From Plasmodiophora brassicae (taxonomy: Eukaryota): a stretch of DNA of 64,000 nt. Of the stretch, positions 13,865-25,863 are shown in pieces. Numbering within the stretch: position 1 is the first letter of the stretch; each line of letters starts with the position of its first letter. A program made the translations under genes and the position numbers. The stretch lies in assembly GCA_036867785.1 (NCBI GenBank), contig CP145413.1, positions 868,001 through 932,000 on the forward strand, given 5' to 3'. A model generated the notes under the pieces. The model was not told the origin of the DNA. It did not search any database and saw only the letters and a list, made by a program, of their open reading frames with translations.

Positions 13865-14090
13865 GGTTGCCACAGACGCCCACCTACGGCTTCAACGCCA
13901 TGTGTTGTTCCCCGGTCACTGCGGCGCTCGCTAGAACGTGCACGGCACCAGTCACACAGTGATGATCAGCAGGCGGACGCGCGCGCAACCCTTCGCTGGT
14001 TGAGGCGCGCCCCTGCTGCGTCCCCTACTACGATCAGTGTACACCACCGCCACCACCACCACACAATCCACGTACGACGTATACACAGTG

Positions 14091-16569
14091 CTAGAGGATT
14101 TGGTACTGGTCATAGAGGATGCGTCGGATGTCGAAGTACTGGCTGCAGAGGGCGCCCTGGACGCTGACCTGGTGGTCGGTGACTTTGCGGATGTTGACCA
14201 GGCCGCCAGCGCAGACGAGGATGCCGTTGATGAATTCGGCGTCGATGCCTGCCCGTGCGATCGCCTTCTTCAGGTCGGCCATGCGCGATCCGCCCAGGTA
14301 GACAGCGGGCCGGTCGGGCACCGCAGTTGCCGCGACCTGCTCCAGCGTCGGGTACCGGTTCCGGCTGTCGTCGCTCTTGACAATGCGCCCATCGACGTAC
14401 GCCACCTCGTAGTCGCCCACTTGGACGAACCGCAATGATTTGTTGAGCGAATCGCGGATCTTCACGTTGAACACGTTGGTCTCTGAGTTGATCACCGACG
14501 AGAGCTGATTATCGGGAATCAGCACCGACGACGTGTTGGGCAGTTCTCGCTCGAGGAACTCCTGGATGTGGTCCTTGGCCTGCGCTGAGCCGTGCACGAG
14601 AACGGCCTTCCGCGGCAGGACACGCTTAATGACGGTCTTGATCGAGCTCTGGTCCATTCGCCCCTCGAAGTCCACGAAATGTACGGCGCAGCGCACACCA
14701 ACGGTCAGGTGCTCAGTCAGCGCCTTGGTCGGCACTGTCGGGATCGTCGTGGCGGACTCTAGCAGAGCGGACGCCGATTCAGCGGCGCCGCTTGGGTTCG
14801 CAGATATCCCATCGGGGTTGGTCTCCGGTGGGGCGTATTCGCTGAAATCGATGGCCTCGCCGTAAATGTCGCTAGAGCGAACAACCTACACGCGGGATTT
14901 ATAAGGCGACCAACCCCCCTCGATCGAAACGGCCAGGCAATGCGGTTTACCTCTTTGAAACCGTACATCGGAAACGACGGCGTCAGCTTGAGCCCCCGCT
15001 TGAACATGGCTGTCGCTTGACCAACAGCGCCACCGGGACGCGCCATGCCGTCGTCCTCTTCGGCATCCTCTTCATCCGATTCCGACTCGCTCTCCTCCTT
15101 GGCAACGCTCGCCTCCTGCTCCTTACGCTTCTCTTCGTACTCGCGAAGTTCGGCGCCCTCCAACGGTACTCGATACCGTCGCACGATCTGTACCGATTTC
15201 GGGGTGGGCTTCTGCAGAAGCGTTGTCGCAAGACAGGGAACGCGTGGCGCCGTCGTCATCATCACCTACATATGAAGCAAATTCAGATTGCGCCGCAAAG
15301 AACCTGTACGGGACATCGCGGCCGACAAGGTTCTTCGGGTCACTGGCCCACTGAATGAACAGGTCCTCTGCGAAGCTCATTTCCATGAACAACGAACTGG
15401 CCAGGACGAGCGCCGGCTGACGAAGGGCAAGTACTTCTTCCAGTGACTGGCAGATCTGACACATCGCCGAACCTCAGTCCAGCGCTGCGGCCATGGCAGC
15501 ATGGCTCCGCACAAACGACATACCACGACATGCTTTAGATCGAATGGGTTCTCTCGCATCTGGTCGAATTGTTTCTGGCACTTTTCGCTCATCCACTCGA
15601 CGTACGTTCGGGCGAAGTCAAGCGTATTCTGCGCCACGTGCGACGCGAACGCAATCGTGTACGACTGGTCGAGGCGGGCGCTGACCCACTTGGAGTGGAG
15701 AAGGACCAGCAGCTCCAGCACCCGTCCGGCAGTATCAACCGGCATCAGACAATTTCCACCGCCGTCCAGACACGCCCGAATGGCATCGACTAGTTGCGCG
15801 TCGCGTTCGTTCCGCTTGGTCGTCATCACGGTCAGGCCATTGTACGCATCGGTGATAAGCACCGACGGTCTGGGGCACGATATTTCCAGGACAGTGCCGT
15901 CAAGATGCCTGCCGGGGACGGTAAGTACGGCTGCCACCACAGGTCACAACGCAGTGGGCACCTTTCACGACTGTGGTTGAGGTCGACGGCGTAGACAATC
16001 TGCTCGGTGTCCTTGACGATTCGCCATATGGCTCCGCCCAGAGAGTGGCCGGCCTGGAACGGGGTCACAACGATCCCATCGCCACGTCCAGTCAGGTGGC
16101 ACTCCTGCGCATACGTGACGGTCTTGAATTTGTCGAATGCGCTATCCACATCGTCGACTGTAGGCGGACAGGGTCAGCATGCGAATCGCAGACGAATCGC
16201 GAACGCTTCACGGTTACTGGAGAATAGGTCGAATTCGGCCCGAGCGGTCAGGCGCTGCCAGGCGTCATACATGAACATGGAGCCCATGCGCCACACAGGC
16301 TGCGTCGAGTAGATCGGGCAGTCGAGCCCAAGCTGCCCGATCGCGTACGGCAGCGCGCCCAGATGCGATATGTCGGCGTGGGAGACCAGGACGCAATCGA
16401 CGTCGTTGATGGCGGTGGCCAGCGCCTCCAGGTGCCGCTCGTCGAACCGCTCGTCCCACCCGCAATCCAGCATGATCCGGCAGTCGTCGATCTCCAGCAG
16501 GTAGCACATGGCATCGGTGTCGTTGGCGCCGTACAACGGCGTCAACTGTATGACACCTTCCCCGCTCAT
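14091..16569 (-). CDS. CPSF2: Cleavage and polyadenylation specificity factor subunit 2 (CPSF100), multi-exon
   Basis: Motifs CYLLEIDDCRIMLDCGW, HLGALPYA, AGHSLGGAIW, PVDTAGRVLEL, DFEGRMD and C-terminal GALCSQYFDIRRILYDQY; five canonical introns traced. Confidence 0.95.
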
Positions 16570-16842
16570 TTGCCGAATGACCGTCGTGACAGCTGCAGCC
16601 GACGGGTTGGTCCACTCCACCAACCCTACGGCAATTATCCAACTGCGCCAGTCGCGACCCTCCCCCGACAGCTACAATGGCCGTGGCCCACGCAACGACG
16701 GGCAACTGCACCCGCACCGCGAAGCACACGTTGGCCCACCCAGCGCAATGTCGACGCTACTGAGCATCGCTGCCGGCCCGCTGCAGTAGCGCAGCCGCAG
16801 ACGTACGGTACGTGCGTCCCGCAAGGCATTCCGGGTGCGGCC

Positions 16843-18075
16843 ATGTCGACGGCGGCGCTGTTCACGGAGTCGGCCGACCTGTTCGCCCCGGCGCTCGACG
16901 ACGCCGTCGCGCCCATCGCGGCATTCCTCCGCGATCGATACGAACACGCCAGCGTCGAGGTCGTCGAATGCCCGAACCTGTTATCCTGGGTGCGTACGTT
17001 GTCGCTGCGTGTCGTCGGCTGGCCGCATCGTTGCTGATCATCGGGGACGTGCTAGGGCCTGGCTATGCCGGGATTAGGTGGGCAGCCGCGTTTAGTTGAC
17101 GTTGGAGGTGCCTCATGTGCGCGCGTCTGGCTGATGTCCGATGTTTGACTGTGCCTGCAGGTGTGCCGAACCTGCTAGACCCGGCGCACCACGACAAGTC
17201 GTTCGCGATCGGTGATATTCTCGATTGCGCAGGCCTGCCCACTGGCTGCGTCCTGGGCGCCGCATCGGGCGACGCCGCCTGGGCCAAGGGCAACACCGAG
17301 TTAATGCCCTGCGCAAGTCGGCACACGTGTCGCAGCAAATCGGCGAGGGTCGGCGCCGACGGCCGGTGCGTGCTCGACGAGTACGACTGGGACCGGGTCG
17401 GCTTCCTGGCCAATCTGTTCGTCTGCCAAGGCGTGCCGGGGCCTGTCCTCGAGGTACGCGCGCGTGGAAGACGACTGCCGGAAGACCACTCGGACAACTT
17501 TGTCGGCAACATTCGCGGCGCCCTTCTACAGCGTTTCCCGGGCCGGGCCATCGGTCTGGGTGGTGCGTTCACAATGAAGAAGGGCCTATTCAAGGTAGCG
17601 CGTCCTTGCTCGTCAGACGTGACCGCGTGGTTGAACATCGGAGTGATTGCAGGCACACGTAATGCCCGATTTCAAAGACACGGTTATGGTGGATGGGCCC
17701 GAGGTTCAGGAATGGTCTGGCGAACCGTTCCTGTATTGCATTCGACCAGCTGACGCGTACGATTCAGGCTGAAATACTACGAGATGGGCCCTGGTGCGAC
17801 GTTTCTGTCAACGATGCTGACGCAGGACCCGACGCCCGACGGCGCCCTCAATCTTCGCCTTGAGCATACCCATTTGTGAGCTCTCGTGCCGTGTGCATGC
17901 TCAGACAACTGAATTACTACCTGTTTCATGTAGCTTCAACCAGACCGCGGGGGAAGGTGGCCACTACCACTATGGCACGTCGCTCGACGTCGACTATGTC
18001 GGGTACTTTGCGCTCGCCGAGCGCGTCTACCGAATGGAGAACGCATTCGACAGGCGACGCTGCAACATCCCATGA
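16843..18075 (+). CDS. DUF1907 / C11orf54-like zinc-binding protein, multi-exon
   Basis: Motifs VEVVECPNL, GGQPRLVDVGGVPNL, LANLFVCQGVPGPVLEV, IGLGGAF, and EHTH...GEGGHYHY...VDYVGYF. Confidence 0.88.
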
Positions 18076-18104
18076 ACGACAATACACGTTGTATTTGTAT
18101 TGCA
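18076..18104. terminator. Putative bidirectional 3'-end/polyadenylation element
   Basis: AT-rich 29-bp gap between convergent stops, with AATACA on + (18081-18086) and twice on - (18090-18101). Confidence 0.5.
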
Positions 18105-20564
18105 CTATACGGGTGCCTCTCCGGCTATGTTATCAGAGCTCCATGCCAAACGTGGTGGAGACGACCGGCGCTCGTCAACGCCAGCGCGTTCGCTGTCCTC
18201 GGTCTCGTCGATTCGCGACAGGCGCACATTGCTGGCGCCAGGCAGGAGCTCGAATTCGCGGGAGACCAGGCGATGCAGCACCTTCGGGTCGTGATGCATC
18301 TGGACGACGAGCGGATGCGCACGAACAGCAACGTCCTTGATGCGATCGATGTCGACGTCGTGCTCGACCTCCCAGACGGGTTTGTACGCGCTGTGCCCCG
18401 GTCGCCTGATGTGGTCCAGGGCGGTGGCATCGCCTAGCGTGATTCTGCGCGACGCCTGGACCAGGTACCGGTCCAGAGAGCGAATCTCCTCCAGCGACAG
18501 GCGTTCGGCGCGCGACCCGAAGTTACGCTCCATGAAGAAGTAGTACCAGGTCGTGAACCCGAGCAGTGGCAGGACAGCGACACACATCTGCGGGCAATTC
18601 TTCCCAATCAGCAGCGCGATCAGGACGACTTGCGCGAACCCAAGGCCGAACACAACGCGTCGGAACACGTGCGGGAACAAGGCGCCACCGCTCTCGCTCT
18701 CGTGCGCGTAGACGAAGCAGAACATGTACCGGTAGACGACGGCGCAGGTGACGCAGAGCGCGAGGCAGAACGGGAGGATCAGCGGGGCGATCGGCGCGTA
18801 GATGATCCCGTACAGGAACAGCATCAGGTAGACCGGGTAGTACTCGCCGTACGCGAACGTGCCCGCGTACGTCACGTCGCGAACGTCGCGGGCCGTGCGC
18901 GCCCGCGTCATCTTCAGCGACCCGAGCAGAAGTTTGGAGATGACCAGAAGCTCGAGCGGCACCGTTGTGAACGAACGCGTCATGATCTGGATCAGGAACG
19001 GGTTCGCCTGCGTGGAGACGGCCTTGGCGAGCGATTGCAGCAGGAAATCGAGGTTCATGTCCGACAGAGACTTGTCCTTGACGAGGCCCATGACGCCTTG
19101 GGTCAGGCAGGCGAACAGGAAGAAGTGCACGAACTGGAAGTAGAAGTAGTAGATGAAGACGTTGCGGTCGATGGCGCTGTGCGACACGACGCCCTTGATC
19201 GTGGCGAAGAACCGCAGCAGGGGCGGCAGGACTGCCATGAAGATGATCATGGCGAGACCGGGGAGGAACCCCTGCAGTTGGCCACGAACGGCCGGGTTCG
19301 CCTCCAGGTACCCGGCCAGCATCGGGAACTGGGCCTGCAGGTTCTCCAACGACGTGATCGACGTGATGAACGCCACCGGCACCGTGTACGTCGTGAACAG
19401 CAGCAGGAACAGGGCGGCGGCGACCAGCTGGCGGATCACACGGGCGCGACGCGTCAGGTGCAGGTTCGGCCAGTACAGGTCACGCGGCTCTGGCGCGACA
19501 TGCGCCTCCATGCTGAGCACCTCGTGCGTCCATGGCAGCTGGGACGCCGTTGCCGTTGCCGCAAACGTCTTGAACGTCGCGAACCCGGTTCTGTATGCGT
19601 CGTGCGATTCGGCCTGCTTGCTCCTGATCTTCTCGTTCAGGTCGTCGAGCTTGACGCGAAGCTTGGCAATGGAGTCGTTCAACTCCTCCTCGCTGATCTT
19701 CAGCCGTTTCGTCTTCGTCCCTTCCTCCTTGCGTTCGTCAGCCTTGCGGCACAGTTTGGCGACGGCGTCCTCGATCTGGGCGACGACGTCGGCACGTTCG
19801 TCGTGCAGCTTGGCGAGGTCTTCGCTGCGTTTAACGAGAATCGCATTGGCGACAACATCGCCGTTGTCGAACCTGGACCGGATGTACCGGTCCAAGTCGT
19901 CATCCGTCTTGATGTCGTCGGGGATGTCGACGAGCAGGACGGACATCTGCTCGACGCGAAGGGCCTCCTCCCGGTTGCTGAGGAAGTACCGATGCCGCAT
20001 GTCGACGTACGCGACGTACTCCTTGTACAGGAGGTACAGAAGGTACACGGCGGAGACGTAGGCGACGAAGACGTGGCTCCAGAGGTACCCAGACCCTTCG
20101 GCCACGTTCTGAATCGTCAGGTCGGCCATCTTGAAGTTAGCGCTCCGCTCGCCCTGGTCGTAATTGGTGATGTTGACCGGGATCAGCAGGGTGCATCCGA
20201 GGACGGTGGTGACGGCGAAGAACTTGATGCCGACATGGAAGAACCGCAGGTACAGAGCGGCGTCGACGCCGACAATCGGGACGATGTCCTCCCAGGGCAT
20301 GCGCATGAGGTCGTAGACCCACGCCAGGTTCAGCATGTTGAAGTTGGGGGGCTTGGCGCGACGCTCGCTCGAGTTTGGACAGACGACACGGGGCCGGTAG
20401 ACCCAGCCGATCTTCTTGCTGGCGACGGCGAACACCAGGAACACGACGACCATGATGATCAGGTTCGTCCAGATCGACGACACGAACGATACCAGGCTGG
20501 TATCATCGGCCTGCTGGGCCATGTCGATGGCACCTTGGCCACCGTCGTTGTTGTTGTCGGCCAT
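18105..20564 (-). CDS. OSCA/CSC1/TMEM63 calcium-permeable mechanosensitive channel, single exon
   Basis: Single long ORF with many transmembrane segments and the motifs GVDAALYLRF, APEPRDLYWPNL, YAPIAPLILPF and YAHESESGGALFP. Confidence 0.93.
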   Translation of the reverse strand: MADNNNDGGQGAIDMAQQADDTSLVSFVSSIWTNLIIMVVVFLVFAVASKKIGWVYRPRVVCPNSSERRAKPPNFNMLNLAWVYDLMRMPWEDIVPIVGVDAALYLRFFHVGIKFFAVTTVLGCTLLIPVNITNYDQGERSANFKMADLTIQNVAEGSGYLWSHVFVAYVSAVYLLYLLYKEYVAYVDMRHRYFLSNREEALRVEQMSVLLVDIPDDIKTDDDLDRYIRSRFDNGDVVANAILVKRSEDLAKLHDERADVVAQIEDAVAKLCRKADERKEEGTKTKRLKISEEELNDSIAKLRVKLDDLNEKIRSKQAESHDAYRTGFATFKTFAATATASQLPWTHEVLSMEAHVAPEPRDLYWPNLHLTRRARVIRQLVAAALFLLLFTTYTVPVAFITSITSLENLQAQFPMLAGYLEANPAVRGQLQGFLPGLAMIIFMAVLPPLLRFFATIKGVVSHSAIDRNVFIYYFYFQFVHFFLFACLTQGVMGLVKDKSLSDMNLDFLLQSLAKAVSTQANPFLIQIMTRSFTTVPLELLVISKLLLGSLKMTRARTARDVRDVTYAGTFAYGEYYPVYLMLFLYGIIYAPIAPLILPFCLALCVTCAVVYRYMFCFVYAHESESGGALFPHVFRRVVFGLGFAQVVLIALLIGKNCPQMCVAVLPLLGFTTWYYFFMERNFGSRAERLSLEEIRSLDRYLVQASRRITLGDATALDHIRRPGHSAYKPVWEVEHDVDIDRIKDVAVRAHPLVVQMHHDPKVLHRLVSREFELLPGASNVRLSRIDETEDSERAGVDERRSSPPRLAWSSDNIAGEAPV

Positions 20565-21249
20565 CGTGCGTTTTTGGAATGTGACCAGCAATCAGAGGAC
20601 GTCGCCCGGAGGTACCGGAACGTGACTCACGCTCCACGTCACGACATCAGCATACAAGGTACACATTGTGGAAACGGCAAATGGCAGCCATATATGTTAA
20701 ATATGATGGGAAAGTCGTGGCAACCCGGTATGGGGCCTACTGATGCGACCGCTAGTTGACCTTACGTCGCTGACGACCGCTTTGTGATCGTTCGTGCTTC
20801 TAAGAGAGCGGTTTCGGTACAGGTGACGATATCCGGTTCTGGCACCGTATCCGTACCTTGTTGGGCAGTGGGGGCAGACCGAATAGCGCTCTAAATACGC
20901 CATACTGGTTCAGGAACGTTTTCCAGAGCGCGATCCAGGCTGCGCCGTACACCCGTCAACCGTTGACGCCCTCCCCTAGATGACGACACGAGGACATACC
21001 TGCGGCGATAAACGCCAGGAATGCGACGAGGGCGGCGACGGCGACGACGCCATCGACGAGCAAGGACCACCAGGCGGTTGCCATCGAACGTCCACGTCAC
21101 GCACTTTCTGAAACGATGGTCTTCTCAGAAAGAATGAACGCATTTCAGGGTCTCGCCGCGTTTCAATGGGTGCCACCATTTACGAACCTGCAGCGCGTAA
21201 CGAGTACTAGCGATCGTAAGGTAGGGTTTCGGTATCAGAATGCGTCTAG

Positions 21250-24169
21250 ATGGCAGGTGACGGTGGGACCGGGGTCGTGCCGGTCGACCTCACCCTGATC
21301 GTCCGCGAGGGGACCGCTGAGCCCGATGGCGAAGAGCGTCGTCAGCCGCGCCCGATTCCATTATCGCCGTTCAGTGTCGATGCGGCAACGACGTCGTTGC
21401 CGTCGGGTGAAGCCGGTGGCGATCCCGTATCTGTCCCTGGATATGACATAACGTCATTGCCGAAGCTGGTGCCACTTGCCGAAGGCCTCCCTGGCGGATC
21501 CGCATTTCGTGACGAATCCGACCTGGAACGTCAACTCCAGGATATGCTCGACGAGGCCGCTGTCGTTCCGGATGACATCATCCCAGGGGCAGCTTCCGGG
21601 CCGCTTCAGGAGGTGGCGCGTTTGAAGCGAGAGGTCCTCGACGAAGCCGTACCGAACTTCGACGACGCGCTTCGGAAGCGCTGCGAGGGGCAGATTATGC
21701 TCGTCGGCAGTATCGACACGAAGACGATCGAGCGCGAGGAGCAGCGCCTAGAATCGCAACGGATCCGCGCCCTGCAGGAACAGGCCGCCAGGGACAGGGC
21801 CGCCGCCCGCGCAATGGTCTTGCGGGAACGCGCCGCCAAGGCCAAGGTTCTATCCGAGACCCGCGAGACCATGAAAGGCGTCCGCCTTCGCGAAGAACGA
21901 CTGCGCGTCCTGCACGAGGCGCACCTTCGCGAGCAGCAGATCGCGTTCCGGCATGCCGAATCGAACCTGCACCGCGTGCTGCTGGATAAGATGGGCACCT
22001 TAAGGTCGTTCTACGGCGAGGTCCAAACGGCCGACGATCTGTACGGGGGCGCACGATCTCGAAAGTACACAGTCGAATGGACGGGCGCCCCGCAGCCGAT
22101 CCGAATCCGGATCGACACGATTCGTGCGGTGAAGAACAAGCTGGCGGCCGGCAGGTACGTCGTTCTGGTCAGCCTGTTCGACAAACTCGGCGGCGTCGCC
22201 CTTCACTGGTCCGGCCTGGATCGGGAACGCTGGTGCGGGAACACACCCAATCCTGTGTTACATTCTGGAAAGTTTTACGACCTCGACCTGTCCTTCTCCC
22301 AGGACGACAACCGAATCTACGTCGCATGCCCATGTAGAGATCGTCACGATTCGCAATGCGTCCGTCTCTGACCATGACTCTCGTTTAGCTCGAAATCAAA
22401 TCCGCCCGTCGATGGCGCTCGTATTTGAATTGTTCCTGTGCCGGGGACGGCATTCTCCTTCGAACCAGGTGGTCGGATGGGGTGCGTTCCCGTTGTCGTT
22501 ACCGGATTCGAACATTGTTCATGGGCGGTACCGGGTCCCGTTGCTTCGAGGGCCCGTCGACACGTCCATCGTCAAGTACGACCAGATCGAAAGGCGTGTT
22601 TGCAATGACCTAGATAACTGGCTGGCGAACCTGTATTTCGACGTTAGGCGCTTGTCGGGCATCCTTCCTGGAATGCCGGACGTGCATGTCTCCATGCAAT
22701 TCACGAATCGCCTGCTTCACATCCCCGAGCAGGACGCCGGCAAAGCCGCCGAGTCCACCACCATCGTACAGGTCGAACAGACGTCAAGTTCCAGTACGTC
22801 TACGTCCATGTTTGACGAGAACCCGGAATGGGCCAGTGAAGGGCCGTCGTTCTTGGAACCCGCTCATCCCACCCTGCGGGCCAAACAGCTGGAACCATAC
22901 AGGTATGGCTACTCCTCGTGCGGTTATCGAACGCGGCCAAACACAGTGAACAGGTTTCACCTGTCGACTGAGCACGAGACGCGGTGGGGTAGCGCATTGC
23001 CGGAACGATTACGGTTCCTGAAGAACGAACTGCTCGCCGACCTGTCGTTGACGAAGTGGCGCACGGCGGACTTCTGGCTCATGATGACGCTGATCGGCGT
23101 CGTGTGTTGGTTCCGAATCTACACGCACTACGTGGCCGAATGGCTGCTGCTGAACCTGCTCACTGTCCCCGTCCTCGACTTCTCCATCAAGGTCAGCAAA
23201 TGCGTCTCACTGCGTGATGATGGCATGCTCATCGTCATCTCAGGGCTACTCTGTATTGATACGGTACCCGGTTGATGCGATCACGATGGCGGGCGAGATA
23301 GCCGTCGTACTTATCGGTGGTGCTTTCAACCTGGCATTGTTCGTCATGATGTCGATCGGGATGTACACTGCGCAGCAAGTCCTGGATTCGTTCCCTGCGT
23401 CCGTCTCCCGAATCATGTTCGCCGGTGGCCTTGCCACCATTCTAGACCCCATCCTGGTCTTCATCGTCGACGCCTCCATTCAGAACTGGAACGGCGATGC
23501 TTTCAAGCTGTACAATTACTTCCAGGTATGGACTGCCAGTACCTGACCCCGCGTTCCGGTTAACAATACTTGGGCCAGGCCTCGGACGGGTCTGGAGTAC
23601 CTGGCATATTCCTGACCTTGTTCCTGCTGTCGATCTATCTCGTCGTAGCCGTCACTGCCTTCTACACGTACATCCTACGGGTGCACATGAACGGACGCAT
23701 GCTGGACGTGTACCATCGGCTTCGTGGGGACCCGTCCAGCTTCTTCGTCCCGGAGGACATGGAGATATCGTTGCGCAACCTGCGATGGATCGTGGGACGC
23801 GCCCAGAAATGGAAAGGTGCCGATGGATCATCCAGAAAGATCGTCACGACCGTGTTCACGTCGTCCGACCACCTGGATGCCACGTTCCAGGAGCGGTCGA
23901 TACATTTGGCGATCTATACGCAGGCGATGAACGGCGAACGGGAACTGTTCCGACATTTCCTCAGGCGTGCGGACGGCACCATCCTCGAGTTATTCGATTC
24001 GGCGGACGCCTTCGATAAAGACGCGACAGACGGGTCGATGGCCGCCGACCCCAACCTGCTGGACGAAATGTTGGCGCTCAAGCCACCCACGCAAACCAAC
24101 GCCAAGGAGAAGATGCCGGCGTCTCCGCCTGACCGAACTGACGAGACGCAACGGCTTCTGCCTTCGTAA
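21250..24169 (+). CDS. OFCC1 (orofacial cleft 1 candidate)-like membrane protein, multi-exon
   Basis: Coiled coil, then PQPIRIRIDTIRAVKNKLAAGRYVVLVSLFDKLGG, a transmembrane block, HMNGRMLDVYHRL...FFVPEDMEIS and RELFRHFLRRADGTILE, matching the recalled OFCC1 family. Confidence 0.75.
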
Positions 24170-24261
24170 ACGTTTAGAAACAATATAAATGAGACGGTAG
24201 CCGGTATACAGCGAGTTCGTCACACACTGTTTCCGTTATTCAGGTACGTCGTCGCCCGACG

Positions 24262-25659
24262 ATGACGACTACGGAGGAGGAAACAACGAGACTCCTTGGT
24301 GGGAGTCAGTCGCCACCGCGCCTGAGTCGTCTCGAAGCCTTCTCCATCAGTGTCAAGGTGCACGCGTTGCTCTTTAGAGGTGCCCGTTCCTTAAGTCTGC
24401 ACAAAAGTCGGTTGTTGGCAGCGGAATATTCGCGATCCCATACGGGTTCCTGCTGTCGGGTTGGCTGGGCGGCACCCTGATCCTGCTGGCCTGCTTTATC
24501 GTTACGTACATCGGTGTCAACATCCTCGTACAGTGCAAAGAGCAGGTGATCAAAGGCAACCCGGCGTTCGCTGACGACTACCGAACGTCCACCTGTAAGC
24601 CACCGACTTGGACAGCACCCGCCCCAGAAGCTCTAATCATTCTCCGCCTGCAGATGGCGACCTGTGCCATTGCGCGTTTGGGCGTAACGGCCGCCTTCTC
24701 GTTGAATCCTCGATCATGTTGCTTCAGCTGGGTACCGTCATCGTCTACGTGATTTTCATTATCGAGACCATGGGTACCGTATTCCCCAAGGTGCGCCAAT
24801 CGCTCCTTGCCGTTTCAGTGCTGGCCGTCCTGGTCCCTGTGATGCAAGTCCGCCGAGGCAGATGGATCACCATTATCGCCATTGCATCCGACACGCTGAC
24901 GGTTCTAGGACTGTCCTTGTTCACCATGCTGCTTTTCGCGGCAAGGTCGACGCCGAACGTCGGCCGTGCGACGCAGGCGTTCGGCGGCGGGGACTGGTGG
25001 TTGTTTATCGGGATCGCCCTGTTCTCCATCGAGGGCATCTGCATGGTCCTGCCCGTGAGCTCGTCCATGGAGCGCCCGGAACAATATCGCGCTGTCTGGA
25101 CCTCGACGATGGTCATCGTTTTCATCGCCTATTTGACGTTTGGTCTGGTCGGGTATATTGCATTCGGTAACGACCGACGCCCACCGTCGTCCTGTAATCC
25201 CGTCGCTGACGGGCGGCCTTGTCAGGTGACGGTACGCAGGACATTGTCTTGTTGAACCTGGCGGAATCGCCACTGAAGAGCACGGTCGAAATCATATACT
25301 GTACGGCGTTGGCGCTCTCGTGCCCGATCCAGGCTGTGCCGGCGTTTGAAGTCCTGGAGCGTACCAGCGCCGTCCACCCCGACCTTGTCGGCAAATCGCC
25401 GGGGTCCGCCTGGGCGCGGTTCTCCTTGGCAGTAACGTCTGTCATCGTTGCGTTCTCGCTACCCAGATTCGGAAAGACCGTCGCTGTGCTGGGATCCATC
25501 TCCGGGTCCGCACTGGCATTCGGCCTACCCGCCGCCATGCTTCTGAAACTTGACAGCACGATGTCCCGCTGCCGGAAGGCCTTCCTCGTGTTCCTCGTCG
25601 GCCTTGCAGGCATCGTTTTCGTAATTGGTGCCGCTGGCATGTCCACATTTGCCACGTGA
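24262..25659 (+). CDS. Amino-acid transporter (Aa_trans / AAAP family), multi-exon
   Basis: Motifs FVGSGIFAIPYGF, FIGIALFSIEGICMVLPV, FGLVGYIAFG and LGSISGSALAFGLPA; many hydrophobic segments. Confidence 0.9.
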
Positions 25660-25863
25660 CGCAATACAAGGATGATGACACACAAGGACACGACTAGAAA
25701 TAGCACGCAGGTGCAGCTGTACGTAGTGCGCTACACAGTGAACAACAGTGTGTGCCGACTGCCGACTGCCGACTGCAGGTCGACTACGCCCTACGGTCCC
25801 GGGGACTGTTGCCGGACTCCGTAGCGGACTGTCCGCGACCGCCTCTGTCATTGTCGAAACAAC

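Noticed and set aside
18630-20759. 709-aa plus-strand ORF
   Set aside because: Antisense shadow of the OSCA channel gene.
20600-21249. Intergenic region scanned for tRNA or snoRNA
   Set aside because: No convincing cloverleaf or paired C/D boxes by eye; probably a divergent promoter region.
25754-25776. GCCGACT x3 upstream of ThrRS and a possible organellar N-terminal extension
   Set aside because: A short simple repeat. An in-frame TAG at 25822 precludes an unspliced extension.
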